Source: Alphaproteobacteria bacterium (GTDB taxonomy: Bacteria; Pseudomonadota; Alphaproteobacteria; Rs-D84). Taken from it: 64,000 nucleotides of DNA. Below, in pieces: positions 38,985 through 47,111 of the stretch. A program made the position numbers and the translations under genes. The stretch covers positions 8,604 to 72,603 of the forward strand of contig JBKSMS010000011.1 in the NCBI GenBank assembly GCA_046881825.1, written 5' to 3'. How positions within the stretch are numbered: the first letter of the stretch is position 1; every line of letters starts with the position of its first letter. The notes beneath the pieces were generated by a model. That model saw only the letters and a program-made list of their open reading frames with translations, ran no database searches and was not told the origin of the DNA.

Positions 38985-39743
38985 ATGTCAAAAGGCTTTA
39001 GAAAAATTTGGAAGAAATTTTGGACACCAATATTACATAATTCCATTATACAATGGACATTGGCGATTATATTGGCTGGCATAACTTGGTTTATCTTTTT
39101 GACATCCAAACATAAATTCACAAATACTAAATCATTAAAACGATATCGTAAAAAGCCTGTGGTGTTTGTGTTTTTTCATGGGCGATGCGCTATGTTATCC
39201 CCGGTAATAAAATCTGCAAAAGTGCGCGCTTATTGTGTTGCGTCCCGCCACAAAGACGGTCGTATGATGGCACGTCTGCAGCGGTTATTTGGTCTGCGCG
39301 CAATTTATGGTTCTACATCTGACGGCGCTGTTGCTGTATTACGCGAAGGGGTCCGTATAATGCGCAATGAAAAAGTTTCTATGTGCGTTCCGGTTGATGG
39401 ACCATCTGGACCATCTTTGCGATTACAAGATGGCGCGTTATATTTTGCACGCATGACAGGCGCGCCAATTGTCCCATGTTGTTTTTCTTGTTCTCGTCCG
39501 ATGTATATGGACAGGTGGGATAAATTTATGATACCAAAATTGTTTGGAACAATATCTTGTCGAATCGGTGAACCCATTTACATAGATTCAAATTTGCGTG
39601 GCGAATCGTTTGAACAAAAGCGCAAGGAAATAGAAGAAGTAATGATAAAACAATTACACGATATGGATGATGAATTTAATCTGCCAAAAATAGAATGTGA
39701 CCTTAATGCCACAGATTACAAGAAACACAATCGCAAAAAATAA
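38985..39743 (+). CDS. DUF374-family (lysophospholipid acyltransferase-like) protein
   Basis: FFHGRCAML...ASRHKDGRMMARLQRLFGLRAIYGST...PVDGPSGP. Confidence 0.8.
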   Translation: MSKGFRKIWKKFWTPILHNSIIQWTLAIILAGITWFIFLTSKHKFTNTKSLKRYRKKPVVFVFFHGRCAMLSPVIKSAKVRAYCVASRHKDGRMMARLQRLFGLRAIYGSTSDGAVAVLREGVRIMRNEKVSMCVPVDGPSGPSLRLQDGALYFARMTGAPIVPCCFSCSRPMYMDRWDKFMIPKLFGTISCRIGEPIYIDSNLRGESFEQKRKEIEEVMIKQLHDMDDEFNLPKIECDLNATDYKKHNRKK

Positions 39744-39764
39744 AAAAGATTTAGACAAAAAAAC

Positions 39765-39795
39765 ACAAGGACCGGCGAACCGGTCCTTGTTTTTA
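39765..39795 (+). terminator. Intrinsic terminator
   Basis: ACAAGGACCG-GCGAA-CGGTCCTTGT plus T5. Confidence 0.7.
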
Positions 39796-39915
39796 TTCAG
39801 TATTTCTGGAAGGGAGGAACCTTTAGAATCTGAATCTTTTTCGGTTTGTATTCTTGCGAATACCAACCTTATGTTCATACCATAGAACAATAAAAACAGA
39901 TGTCAAGTTTTTTAT

Positions 39916-39947
39916 AAAAAAAATCCGACCAACTGGTCGGATTTTTT
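39916..39947 (-). terminator. Intrinsic terminator of the autotransporter gene
   Basis: AAATCCGACC-AGTT-GGTCGGATTT plus a T-run on the minus strand. Confidence 0.7.
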
Positions 39948-39962
39948 AACTTTGTTTCAATA

Positions 39963-42374
39963 TTAGAAATTATATCTGAATTTCAACATACCTGTTTGTG
40001 ATGTATAATCTTTGCGGACATCAATATCATAGTTGATAGAGAAATCCAAAGTCTTATATTTCAATCCCAAACCGATACCGAATTCGCCCCCAAGACGGGA
40101 CAATCTTTCACCACGCAGTGTATAAGAATCTACACCTGGCATTGTAACGGTAGATATATTTCTGTCGGACAACATATCATATTTAACCGCCGCATTTAAT
40201 TGTGGGATTAATTTTGTATATCTGTCCATATTGATACCGAACGCATATTTCGCACCAAAGACACCTGTCAAGAAATCAGTATCTTTAGATTTTGTTTTAA
40301 CATCCATTGAATTAGTATAATCGTCAGCCATCACATGCATATAACGCAACCCTAATTCAGGCGTTACACCACTTGCGAAATCGTAACCAGTCGCGATTAC
40401 ACCACCGAACGAATTGACATCATAATCGCCAGTCACAGGTGTTCCCATTACTACAGCTTCTTCTGAAAAATCAGACATAGTGTAATTTAACACAGCATTG
40501 ACATACCATTGTGTTGGTTTGTATTGACCATAAACAAATATGGTATTGCTGTCGATTTCTGTATCGCGTTCTGTCCCGCTGATATCGGAATGAGCATACG
40601 AATACCCTGCCCCGATGGTCCAAACTTTATTGATTGTTCCATCCATACCAGCCGCGATTCCACGTGTATAACCACTGAACGCATCGTTCTGTTTAGATTT
40701 ATTGAACAAACCTTGCGCCCAAACGCCACCACCGGTTAATCTGACATCACCACCATTACGACCAATTCTTGGTGCGACCATACGCATACGCGCACCAGTC
40801 AAATTAGCAACTGTTGTTTGAACAGATGCAGCGATAGATTGTGCGACAGATTCTTTTTCTGGATGAACTGCCGCTGCTGCTTTTTCAACTTCCTGTTTAG
40901 CTTCGGCTGTGTCTTCTGCCAACTTTTCTTGCATCTTGACAGCCAAATCGTTCAGCTTTTCTGATGTAGACTGTGCAACCCCAGCAATTGCCGCCGCTGT
41001 ATCTTCTTGGATACCATTTTCTTCTGCGATATCAGAAGAAGATTTCAAAACCGCTGTTACTGTACCATTTTCTTCAGTCAAAGTGTATACAGCATTCTCT
41101 TTATTCCATGTAAAATCACTTGTCACAGTATTCGCGCTTACAACATTATATGTTCCAGCGCCACGGACCGTCATATTCAAAGTAGCACCATTTGCATCCA
41201 AAGTATCGACATCAATTTGACTGTATGCATCTGCGCTTGCCAATGTCATATTCAAAGTATCATTTGCTGTCAATACCAAAGCGCCAGCAGTCAACTTTGC
41301 ATTTTCATCCATATTGATTGTTTGGAATTCTTTGACAGTTCCGACAACATTTACATCAACATTGTTGATGTTTAATTCAGTTGCACCACCAACATGATAC
41401 GCACGAACATCACCGCCAATGTTGATATTACCACCACCCAACATATTTAATGTGGCATTACCGATAACACTGTTTTCATCGGTATCTGGCGCCGATGCTC
41501 TTTGACGACTGCCAGCATGAACATCGCCAGCAATTCTAATTGTTCCAGATGTATTCAAATTAACTTCTGTGCTAGCAACTGTTGCACCAGTTCTGTTTGC
41601 GCCCGCGATAATCCAACCACCATCTGTTAATGCAGACGTAGGTGTGTCAGAATCTGCCGCTGTATAACCAATAACAGAATTTCCTGTCACATTTATAACA
41701 ACGTTCCCAGCAGATGCAGCAGAACCAGCAGAAACAACTTCATCTTTAATCAAAGAATTATTAATATTTATTTCTAAATCACCAATTTTAGCATTTGGAA
41801 CATTCGTAGCAGAAGAAAAATAGTTTGTTCCACGAACACTTAAACCAACAACCGAATTATCAACAGTAACCGTTGTTTTCCCAGACAATGCCCCATCTGT
41901 TGTTATATCGCTATGATCACTAAAAAAGTTAACTCCTATTACATTATTTTGCACATTAGAATCAATAACGGTAACATTTATATCACCATTCACATATGCT
42001 TGGGCTTCTTCTTCTGCTGCTGTTTGTGTACGCCCGATGTATTTTTCTACATTAACACTTTTACTTCCACCACTGTTGCCAATAAATAAAACACCATGTA
42101 TACCATCACTCAATCCATCAGAAGCGAAAGCTTCCTGGGTCACATTTTTTACCGTTAAATTTACATCACCATTAACAATGTTACGCATTGCAGTACCAGT
42201 GATAACATTATACGTTCCGCCATCTACAACAAAATTAATATCATTGTTAATAGTTGTATATGAATCTATCTCTGGATGTTTCCAATTATTTGTATCAACT
42301 GCCATCGCGGGCATGATTGCCAATGCCGGCAAAACAGAAACCCCCATTAAAAAACCATGGAAATATTTATTCAT
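39963..42374 (-). CDS. Autotransporter (beta-helical passenger plus C-terminal beta-barrel)
   Basis: Start MNKYFHGFLMGVSVLPALAIMPAMA behind AGGAG. Repetitive N/V/G-rich beta-helix-like passenger. Barrel ends ...GMLKFRYNF. Confidence 0.9.
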   Translation of the reverse strand: MNKYFHGFLMGVSVLPALAIMPAMAVDTNNWKHPEIDSYTTINNDINFVVDGGTYNVITGTAMRNIVNGDVNLTVKNVTQEAFASDGLSDGIHGVLFIGNSGGSKSVNVEKYIGRTQTAAEEEAQAYVNGDINVTVIDSNVQNNVIGVNFFSDHSDITTDGALSGKTTVTVDNSVVGLSVRGTNYFSSATNVPNAKIGDLEININNSLIKDEVVSAGSAASAGNVVINVTGNSVIGYTAADSDTPTSALTDGGWIIAGANRTGATVASTEVNLNTSGTIRIAGDVHAGSRQRASAPDTDENSVIGNATLNMLGGGNINIGGDVRAYHVGGATELNINNVDVNVVGTVKEFQTINMDENAKLTAGALVLTANDTLNMTLASADAYSQIDVDTLDANGATLNMTVRGAGTYNVVSANTVTSDFTWNKENAVYTLTEENGTVTAVLKSSSDIAEENGIQEDTAAAIAGVAQSTSEKLNDLAVKMQEKLAEDTAEAKQEVEKAAAAVHPEKESVAQSIAASVQTTVANLTGARMRMVAPRIGRNGGDVRLTGGGVWAQGLFNKSKQNDAFSGYTRGIAAGMDGTINKVWTIGAGYSYAHSDISGTERDTEIDSNTIFVYGQYKPTQWYVNAVLNYTMSDFSEEAVVMGTPVTGDYDVNSFGGVIATGYDFASGVTPELGLRYMHVMADDYTNSMDVKTKSKDTDFLTGVFGAKYAFGINMDRYTKLIPQLNAAVKYDMLSDRNISTVTMPGVDSYTLRGERLSRLGGEFGIGLGLKYKTLDFSINYDIDVRKDYTSQTGMLKFRYNF

Positions 42375-42511
42375 GATAATTCTCCTTTCTTTTATCATAC
42401 AAACTCAGTATATCATATTATATCAAATTGTCAAGTCCCGTTTTTGCAAAAAAATACCGTAAAATCAACAAGTTATCATTCAAAAAAGTCAAAAAAAATG
42501 CTCGTTCTGTC

Positions 42512-43219
42512 CTATTTTTCGTGAATCCCCAGGCGCAAATATTCACGCAACAAAGCAATTTTCACCGCACTATTTCCGGTCCCATTAATAAAAGTCCCAT
42601 AAAAATCATTAAAACCCGCCCCTTCCCAATCTATGATGGCAATCACATCAAAAGTTTTTTCATCCATTATAAAATTATCCCACAAATCATTTTGACACCA
42701 ACCGTGCATAATTGACGTCTTGTCTGTCGGTCTAGATTTCAAATCACGAATTTCAACCGGGTCTGCACAACCAATTTCATACAAATATTTCGCCAGCTGC
42801 GTGGCAATTTTATCTGCGATTTTATTTTGTTTTTCACGTGATAATTTATGAAATCCAACACCTTTGATAAATTCATATTTTCTGACCGCCAAACCTTCAA
42901 AATCTAATATTTCCATTTCTGGAATTTTTATCGGGGATATTGGACGCAACGCATCAACAATTCGTTTTTCACGAATCGATATTTCTTTGCCATCTGTCTT
43001 GATTGGGAATTTAAAAACCCATCTGTCGTCAACACATACAACAAAATTCCCACATCTATAACCACTGGTGTTTTTTATCTTTGGGTGTTTTTCTGATGAA
43101 AAACTTTTTGCGAATTTAACCCATTTACGAATCGGGTTGTTCAATTCCATGCGCAAAATATTACGCTTTTTACGATTCCACACAAAACCACATAAAATAT
43201 TTATCAATAATCTTCGCAT
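42512..43219 (-). CDS. APH/choline-kinase-like phosphotransferase-fold protein (tandem paralog B)
   Basis: FKFPIKTDGKEISIREKRIVDAL, GWCQNDLWDNFIMD (variant of HGDLxxxN) and IIDWEGAGF (DFG-like IDW). Confidence 0.65.
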   Translation of the reverse strand: MRRLLINILCGFVWNRKKRNILRMELNNPIRKWVKFAKSFSSEKHPKIKNTSGYRCGNFVVCVDDRWVFKFPIKTDGKEISIREKRIVDALRPISPIKIPEMEILDFEGLAVRKYEFIKGVGFHKLSREKQNKIADKIATQLAKYLYEIGCADPVEIRDLKSRPTDKTSIMHGWCQNDLWDNFIMDEKTFDVIAIIDWEGAGFNDFYGTFINGTGNSAVKIALLREYLRLGIHEK

Positions 43220-43960
43220 TTATTTTGTCCCAGATTTCCGAAAATACAACTTTGAATATTCATACATAATATCTATTGGAATTCCACGATAGCCGAATTT
43301 ATCCCAATTATGCGTTGCAACATAAAACGCAGACCGCCAATCTTCAAATGATGCCTGTTCCCAATCTATGAAATAAGTTATATCAAAAGTTTTTTCATCC
43401 AACATAAAATTCTGCCAAAAATCGCCCTGGAACCAACCATAACAAAAACCAGGTTTTGCATCCATACTCGGTTTCAAATCACGAATTTCTATTGGGTCTT
43501 GTTTTCCAATGACATACAAAAAATTCGCAATCTGTTTTGCAATATGTTGGCGATGCGCCCCTATTACCTTTGGCGGAATGTCTGTCAACAAAGTCCCCTT
43601 TGCAAATTCATATTTTCGCACATAGATATTTTTATACGGAATAACTTTTACCAAAGGAATTTTTATCGGGGAAATTCCATAAAAGGCATCAACGATTCGT
43701 TTTTCGCGAATCGAAATTTCCTTGCCATCGTTCAAAAGCGGAAATTTAAACACATGCTTGTTATTCAAAATAACTATGAAATTTTTACAGCCGTATCCAA
43801 CCAAAGTTCTGATTTTGCGTTGCTTCATATTTTTAGCAAATTTGCGAACAAATTTGACATAATCGCGTGTCTGGGGAAAACGAATACACGTGCGCACTTT
43901 GTCACGCAAACGCTTTGACCAAATCACACCACAAACGATATTAGATATAAAATGTCGCAT
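43220..43960 (-). CDS. APH/choline-kinase-like phosphotransferase-fold protein (tandem paralog A)
   Basis: Collinear with 42512-43219 (FKFPLLNDGKEISIREKRIVDAF, GWFQGDFWQNFMLD, FIDWEQASF). Its stop abuts the next start with no spacer. Confidence 0.65.
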   Translation of the reverse strand: MRHFISNIVCGVIWSKRLRDKVRTCIRFPQTRDYVKFVRKFAKNMKQRKIRTLVGYGCKNFIVILNNKHVFKFPLLNDGKEISIREKRIVDAFYGISPIKIPLVKVIPYKNIYVRKYEFAKGTLLTDIPPKVIGAHRQHIAKQIANFLYVIGKQDPIEIRDLKPSMDAKPGFCYGWFQGDFWQNFMLDEKTFDITYFIDWEQASFEDWRSAFYVATHNWDKFGYRGIPIDIMYEYSKLYFRKSGTK

Positions 43961-44033
43961 ATTTTACCTTTTGCCTTGTGAATATAATCATAAGGCAAAA
44001 AACAAATGTATGCAAATCAATAATCACAAAAAA

Positions 44034-44387
44034 TTATCTGCTGCGAATAATTATGTGCTTGTAATATTTTTCTTGGAAATCAGTAATTTTTTCGATTGTT
44101 TTGTCATCTATATTTTTACCTTTGTCGACGACAATCAATTTGTCATCATCATCATTTGTCCGATGAATTATAGCACAACAAACCCCAGTAAATTCATCCA
44201 AAGGAACAGTTGGTCCAATAACATAAGCATCTAATTCTTCGCCATCACCAGATATAGTATTCGGTATAAAGCCATAATTAATAGGATACACAAAACCGTG
44301 TTTAGGATGTTTACTGCCCATAGGTCTGTCCATTTTCACAGTCACAATTTTATCCAAGAAATCTTTGGAATTAACTTTCGTTTTCAT
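44034..44387 (-). CDS. Small inorganic pyrophosphatase-like protein
   Basis: Start MKTKVNSKDF behind AAAGGAGG. YPINYGFIPNTISGDGEELDAYVIG block. Confidence 0.65.
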   Translation of the reverse strand: MKTKVNSKDFLDKIVTVKMDRPMGSKHPKHGFVYPINYGFIPNTISGDGEELDAYVIGPTVPLDEFTGVCCAIIHRTNDDDDKLIVVDKGKNIDDKTIEKITDFQEKYYKHIIIRSR

Positions 44388-44543
44388 ATTGTCCTCCTTT
44401 TTATTACAACAACAATACCACAACCAGTTTTAAAAATCAAAGTTTGTAAACTATGGTTGTGCTATCTGTGCAATTCGCGAACTAAATTTTTAGAAAACTA
44501 TCAAAACCACATAAAACATTTCAATAGAATCATATGTTCGAAA

Positions 44544-44909
44544 TCACATTAGATTTATTAAATCGACATCAATTTTTGTTTTTTTAAATACACCTTTGTC
44601 CACTTCGCCATAAATCTGAACAAGTGTCTCTGGTGTGACCGTAACACCATTCCAATCTTCATCATCTATTTCAACTGTGATTTTACCTGTTTCGTCCATA
44701 AAAGTATATCTTTCATGGCCCAAACTGTTGACAATTTTACCCTGCATAAAAACAGTGGTATCATCACGTAATTTTGATACATCCTGCACTGTCGTTATTT
44801 TTTGTTCCAACATATTCGGCCCAACAAAACCACCTTTTACTCCTTGATCTGCACCACCAGTACCGACAAAAACAAAGGTTGTCATAAAAAATGGAATTAT
44901 CTTTTTCAT
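44544..44909 (-). CDS. YgiW/YdeI-family periplasmic OB-fold (BOF) protein
   Basis: Signal peptide, GGFVGP...TTVQDV...DDTTVFMQGKIVNSLGHERYTFMDETGKITVEIDDEDWNG...GEVDK. Paralog of 58380-58736. Confidence 0.85.
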   Translation of the reverse strand: MKKIIPFFMTTFVFVGTGGADQGVKGGFVGPNMLEQKITTVQDVSKLRDDTTVFMQGKIVNSLGHERYTFMDETGKITVEIDDEDWNGVTVTPETLVQIYGEVDKGVFKKTKIDVDLINLM

Positions 44910-45118
44910 TTTTACCTCATTATTATTAAAAATCTTAATCGCCTATCTTGGTTGTGGTCGATGGTACAAAACAAACGCAACAAAGACAGATGATTATGTG
45001 AATAATAATACAAAATAGAACGATAAAATCAACATATTTTTAATTTTTAAGCGTAATACTTTGAAATTTCAACAATCCTAGTTTTTTTAACTATTCATTA
45101 ATACAGTTTGTGATAACT

Positions 45119-45236
45119 ATTCGAAAGTTGAAAAATTTTGACTTCTTCCGAAACTAAACTCTCGAACTCACTGGAAACATTAGAAAACAAACAAAAACCC
45201 GCCCTGAAAAGAACGGTCGCACATCTTGGTTGTGCT
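45119..45236. repeat. Copy A (degenerate) of a repeat unit of about 120-130 bp
   Basis: Aligns with 45872-45990: TTCGAAAGTTSAAAAATTTTG...AAACTYTCGAACTC...AAAAACCCGCC...ATCTTGGTTG. I estimate about 70% identity by eye. Confidence 0.6.
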
Positions 45237-45300
45237 CGTCATGCAATTCGCGAGCCGACATAATCAAAATTGGACAAGAGATAGATAATGTAAAAAAGAA

Positions 45301-45849
45301 TTATTTTAATATATCAGATTTATTCTGAACTTCTATACCAGTTTCAAATTCTTCAACAAATTTCCAAGAACCATTATCTAAAGTAAAATGGAAACATTGA
45401 CAATTTTTTACACCATCTACTTTTAAACCACACGCATAACATAGTGCACGCGTAACTCCACCATGTGAGGCAACGGCTATGTTATTTCGTTTATCCTGCT
45501 CAACAATATGTTCTAAACAACTTTTTATTGTTTTAAAGTTATTTTCTATTTCTTTCTTTTTTTCTTCGCTTTCTGTATCCCAAAACCAAAAAATCGCTTC
45601 TTTTAATTCGTCTTTCGTTATAATTTCTATATTTTTATTGGTCAAAGCAACTTTTGCTGTATCTATTGCGCGTCTGTATGGGCTGGAATAAACAACATCT
45701 ACATCTTTATCTTTGAAAAATTCAGATAATTTTTGTGCTTGTGCAATTCCTAAATCGGTTAGATATGCATCTATACCAGTGCCATACCTGATACCAACTT
45801 CGTTTTCATTGGTTTGACCATGTCTAAAAAAATAAAAATGCTTTTTCAT
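45301..45849 (-). CDS. Histidine phosphatase family protein (phosphoglycerate-mutase-like)
   Basis: FYFFRHGQTNEN (RHG motif) and a downstream SHGG. No Shine-Dalgarno sequence upstream. Confidence 0.85.
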   Translation of the reverse strand: MKKHFYFFRHGQTNENEVGIRYGTGIDAYLTDLGIAQAQKLSEFFKDKDVDVVYSSPYRRAIDTAKVALTNKNIEIITKDELKEAIFWFWDTESEEKKKEIENNFKTIKSCLEHIVEQDKRNNIAVASHGGVTRALCYACGLKVDGVKNCQCFHFTLDNGSWKFVEEFETGIEVQNKSDILK

Positions 45850-45856
45850 AGACTAA

Positions 45857-45885
45857 ATTATATCACAAAGAGTTCGAAAGTTCAA
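45857..45885 (-). promoter_or_regulatory. Putative extended -10 promoter giving a leaderless transcript of the histidine-phosphatase gene
   Basis: Minus strand reads TTGAAC, 17 nt, TGATATAAT, 7 nt, ATG. There is no SD, and the promoter overlaps one arm of a 13-bp inverted repeat. Confidence 0.4.
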
Positions 45886-45922
45886 AAATTTTGCCATTTT
45901 TCAATGACAAACTTTCGAACTC
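45870..45922. repeat. Perfect 13-bp inverted repeat with a 27-nt spacer
   Basis: GAGTTCGAAAGTT (45870-45882) and AACTTTCGAACTC (45910-45922). Confidence 0.9.
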
Positions 45923-45945
45923 GGTGAAATACTTGTAATTCTAAT

Positions 45946-45972
45946 AAAAACCCGCCTTTATCGGCGGGTTTG
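45946..45972 (-). terminator. Intrinsic terminator after the tRNA-3'-end duplicate
   Basis: Minus strand reads AAACCCGCC-GATAAA-GGCGGGTTTTT. Confidence 0.65.
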
Positions 45973-45978
45973 TCAATC

Positions 45979-45998
45979 TTGGTTGGGGTACACGGACT
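45979..45998 (-). repeat. Perfect 20-nt duplicate of the tRNA-Gln 3' end (att-like)
   Basis: TTGGTTGGGGTACACGGACT is identical to 46163-46182. It covers the 3' T-stem strand, the acceptor strand, the CCA and one flanking nt. Confidence 0.9.
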
Positions 45999-46127
45999 GC
46001 CTCGCTCGGCACAGCTAGTGCCGGCTGTGGCGCATTCGTTAGCGCTCAAACTTCGTCTAACTCGTTTTCGCTTACTCATTGTCGAACCAATAACTTCGTT
46101 ATAGATTACAAACCGCAACCCAGAACA

Positions 46128-46157
46128 CAAAAATTAAACCCGTCTTATGACGGGTTG
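46128..46157 (-). terminator. Intrinsic terminator after tRNA-Gln
   Basis: Minus strand reads AACCCGTC-ATAA-GACGGGTT followed by TTAATTTTT. Confidence 0.6.
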
Positions 46158-46163
46158 AATTTT

Positions 46164-46237
46164 TGGTTGGGGTACACGGACTCGAACCGCGATATACAGA
46201 GTCAGAGTCTGCTGTTCTACCATTAAACTATACCCCA
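46164..46237 (-). tRNA. tRNA-Gln (anticodon CUG), CCA encoded
   Basis: Hand-folded 74-nt cloverleaf. Acceptor UGGGGUA/UACCCCA has the U1:A72 pair typical of bacterial tRNA-Gln. D arm GUUU-AAUGGUA-GAAC. Anticodon arm GCAGA-CUCUGAC-UCUGU. T arm CGCGG-UUCGAGU-CCGUG. 3' end is A-CCA. Confidence 0.9.
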
Positions 46238-46271
46238 ATTCGCCATAATTATATAGGTATTATTCTATTTT

Positions 46272-46997
46272 TCAATCAAATATTTTAAGTTCTTTAAAAT
46301 CATCATGTGTTGCGGTTGGTATAATTTTTATATCTTTTTCATCTGCCCAAGTGTTAGCTAAATCATACGGAACTATTTCATCGCGCCCACCAACAAAATG
46401 AATCTGTGAAACTTTCGGCAAAGCATCCATATTCAAAGATTCATTCAATGCTTCATCACCAAAATATTCTGTCCATTTTTTATGATTCAAAACCCCGGCA
46501 ATCGTAATCCATTTATCAATCTTTAATTTTGGATTTTGCTTTATTACCAAACCAGACACCATCGCCCCACCAGAATAACCAATCAAAACTATTTTTTTAT
46601 TTTTAGCAATTTGTTTTATAACCTGACTTTGGGCATCTATAATTTTTTTTGAAAACCGCGCGGTTGTCCAATCTTGCTTTTTACAATTATTATCCATAAT
46701 AAACTGACAAGGTCGCGCGACATAGACCACATTTTCAAAATTATCGCGCGTTACCAAATCACGAACCAAGGTTCCATGTGGTGTCGGGTCGTCTGTTGGA
46801 TATCCATACGCATTAAAGGAATTTCCGTCGCCTTCGATATAAATATGAACAATATTATTTTTTGGGTTATTTATTTTCTGCCAAGTAGCAATTTCATAAA
46901 TATCAGTTTTAATCGGCACATATTGAAAATCTGTTGGCGCAACCCACCCTGCCCCAGCGCACGCAGTTAACAAAAAACAAAGCCATAACTTTTTCAT
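46272..46997 (-). CDS. Alpha/beta-hydrolase lipoprotein
   Basis: MKKLWLCFLLTAC (lipobox), nucleophile elbow LIGYSGGA, and a late HDD. Confidence 0.7.
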   Translation of the reverse strand: MKKLWLCFLLTACAGAGWVAPTDFQYVPIKTDIYEIATWQKINNPKNNIVHIYIEGDGNSFNAYGYPTDDPTPHGTLVRDLVTRDNFENVVYVARPCQFIMDNNCKKQDWTTARFSKKIIDAQSQVIKQIAKNKKIVLIGYSGGAMVSGLVIKQNPKLKIDKWITIAGVLNHKKWTEYFGDEALNESLNMDALPKVSQIHFVGGRDEIVPYDLANTWADEKDIKIIPTATHDDFKELKIFD

Positions 46998-47111
46998 GTT
47001 TTTATTTTTACATTTTCAAAAAAATAATTCAACAAAGATGGAAAACGGTTTTTTTTATGTTATAATCAAAACCGTCAATTTGAAAAAGACAATCAAAAAA
47101 AGGAAAAAATC

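Noticed and set aside
45870-45922. An integron attC site or gene-cassette array.
   Set aside because: The palindrome arms lack RYYYAAC/GTTRRRY core sites, and no intI-type integrase or attI is in the window.
45882-46130. An 82-aa minus-strand ORF in the track, spanning the spacer downstream of tRNA-Gln.
   Set aside because: It runs through the tRNA-3'-end duplicate, an intrinsic terminator and the 13-bp palindrome. It has no RBS, and its composition looks like non-coding DNA.
45979-46163. A possible tmRNA (one-piece or alphaproteobacterial two-piece), suggested by a CCA-ending tRNA-like 3' end followed by a terminator.
   Set aside because: The 3' end is an exact copy of tRNA-Gln, so the third acceptor pair would be G:C rather than the G:U alanine identity pair. 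There is no T-loop upstream of it, no tag-like reading frame ending in (L/V)AA-stop, and it is far too short for a one-piece tmRNA.
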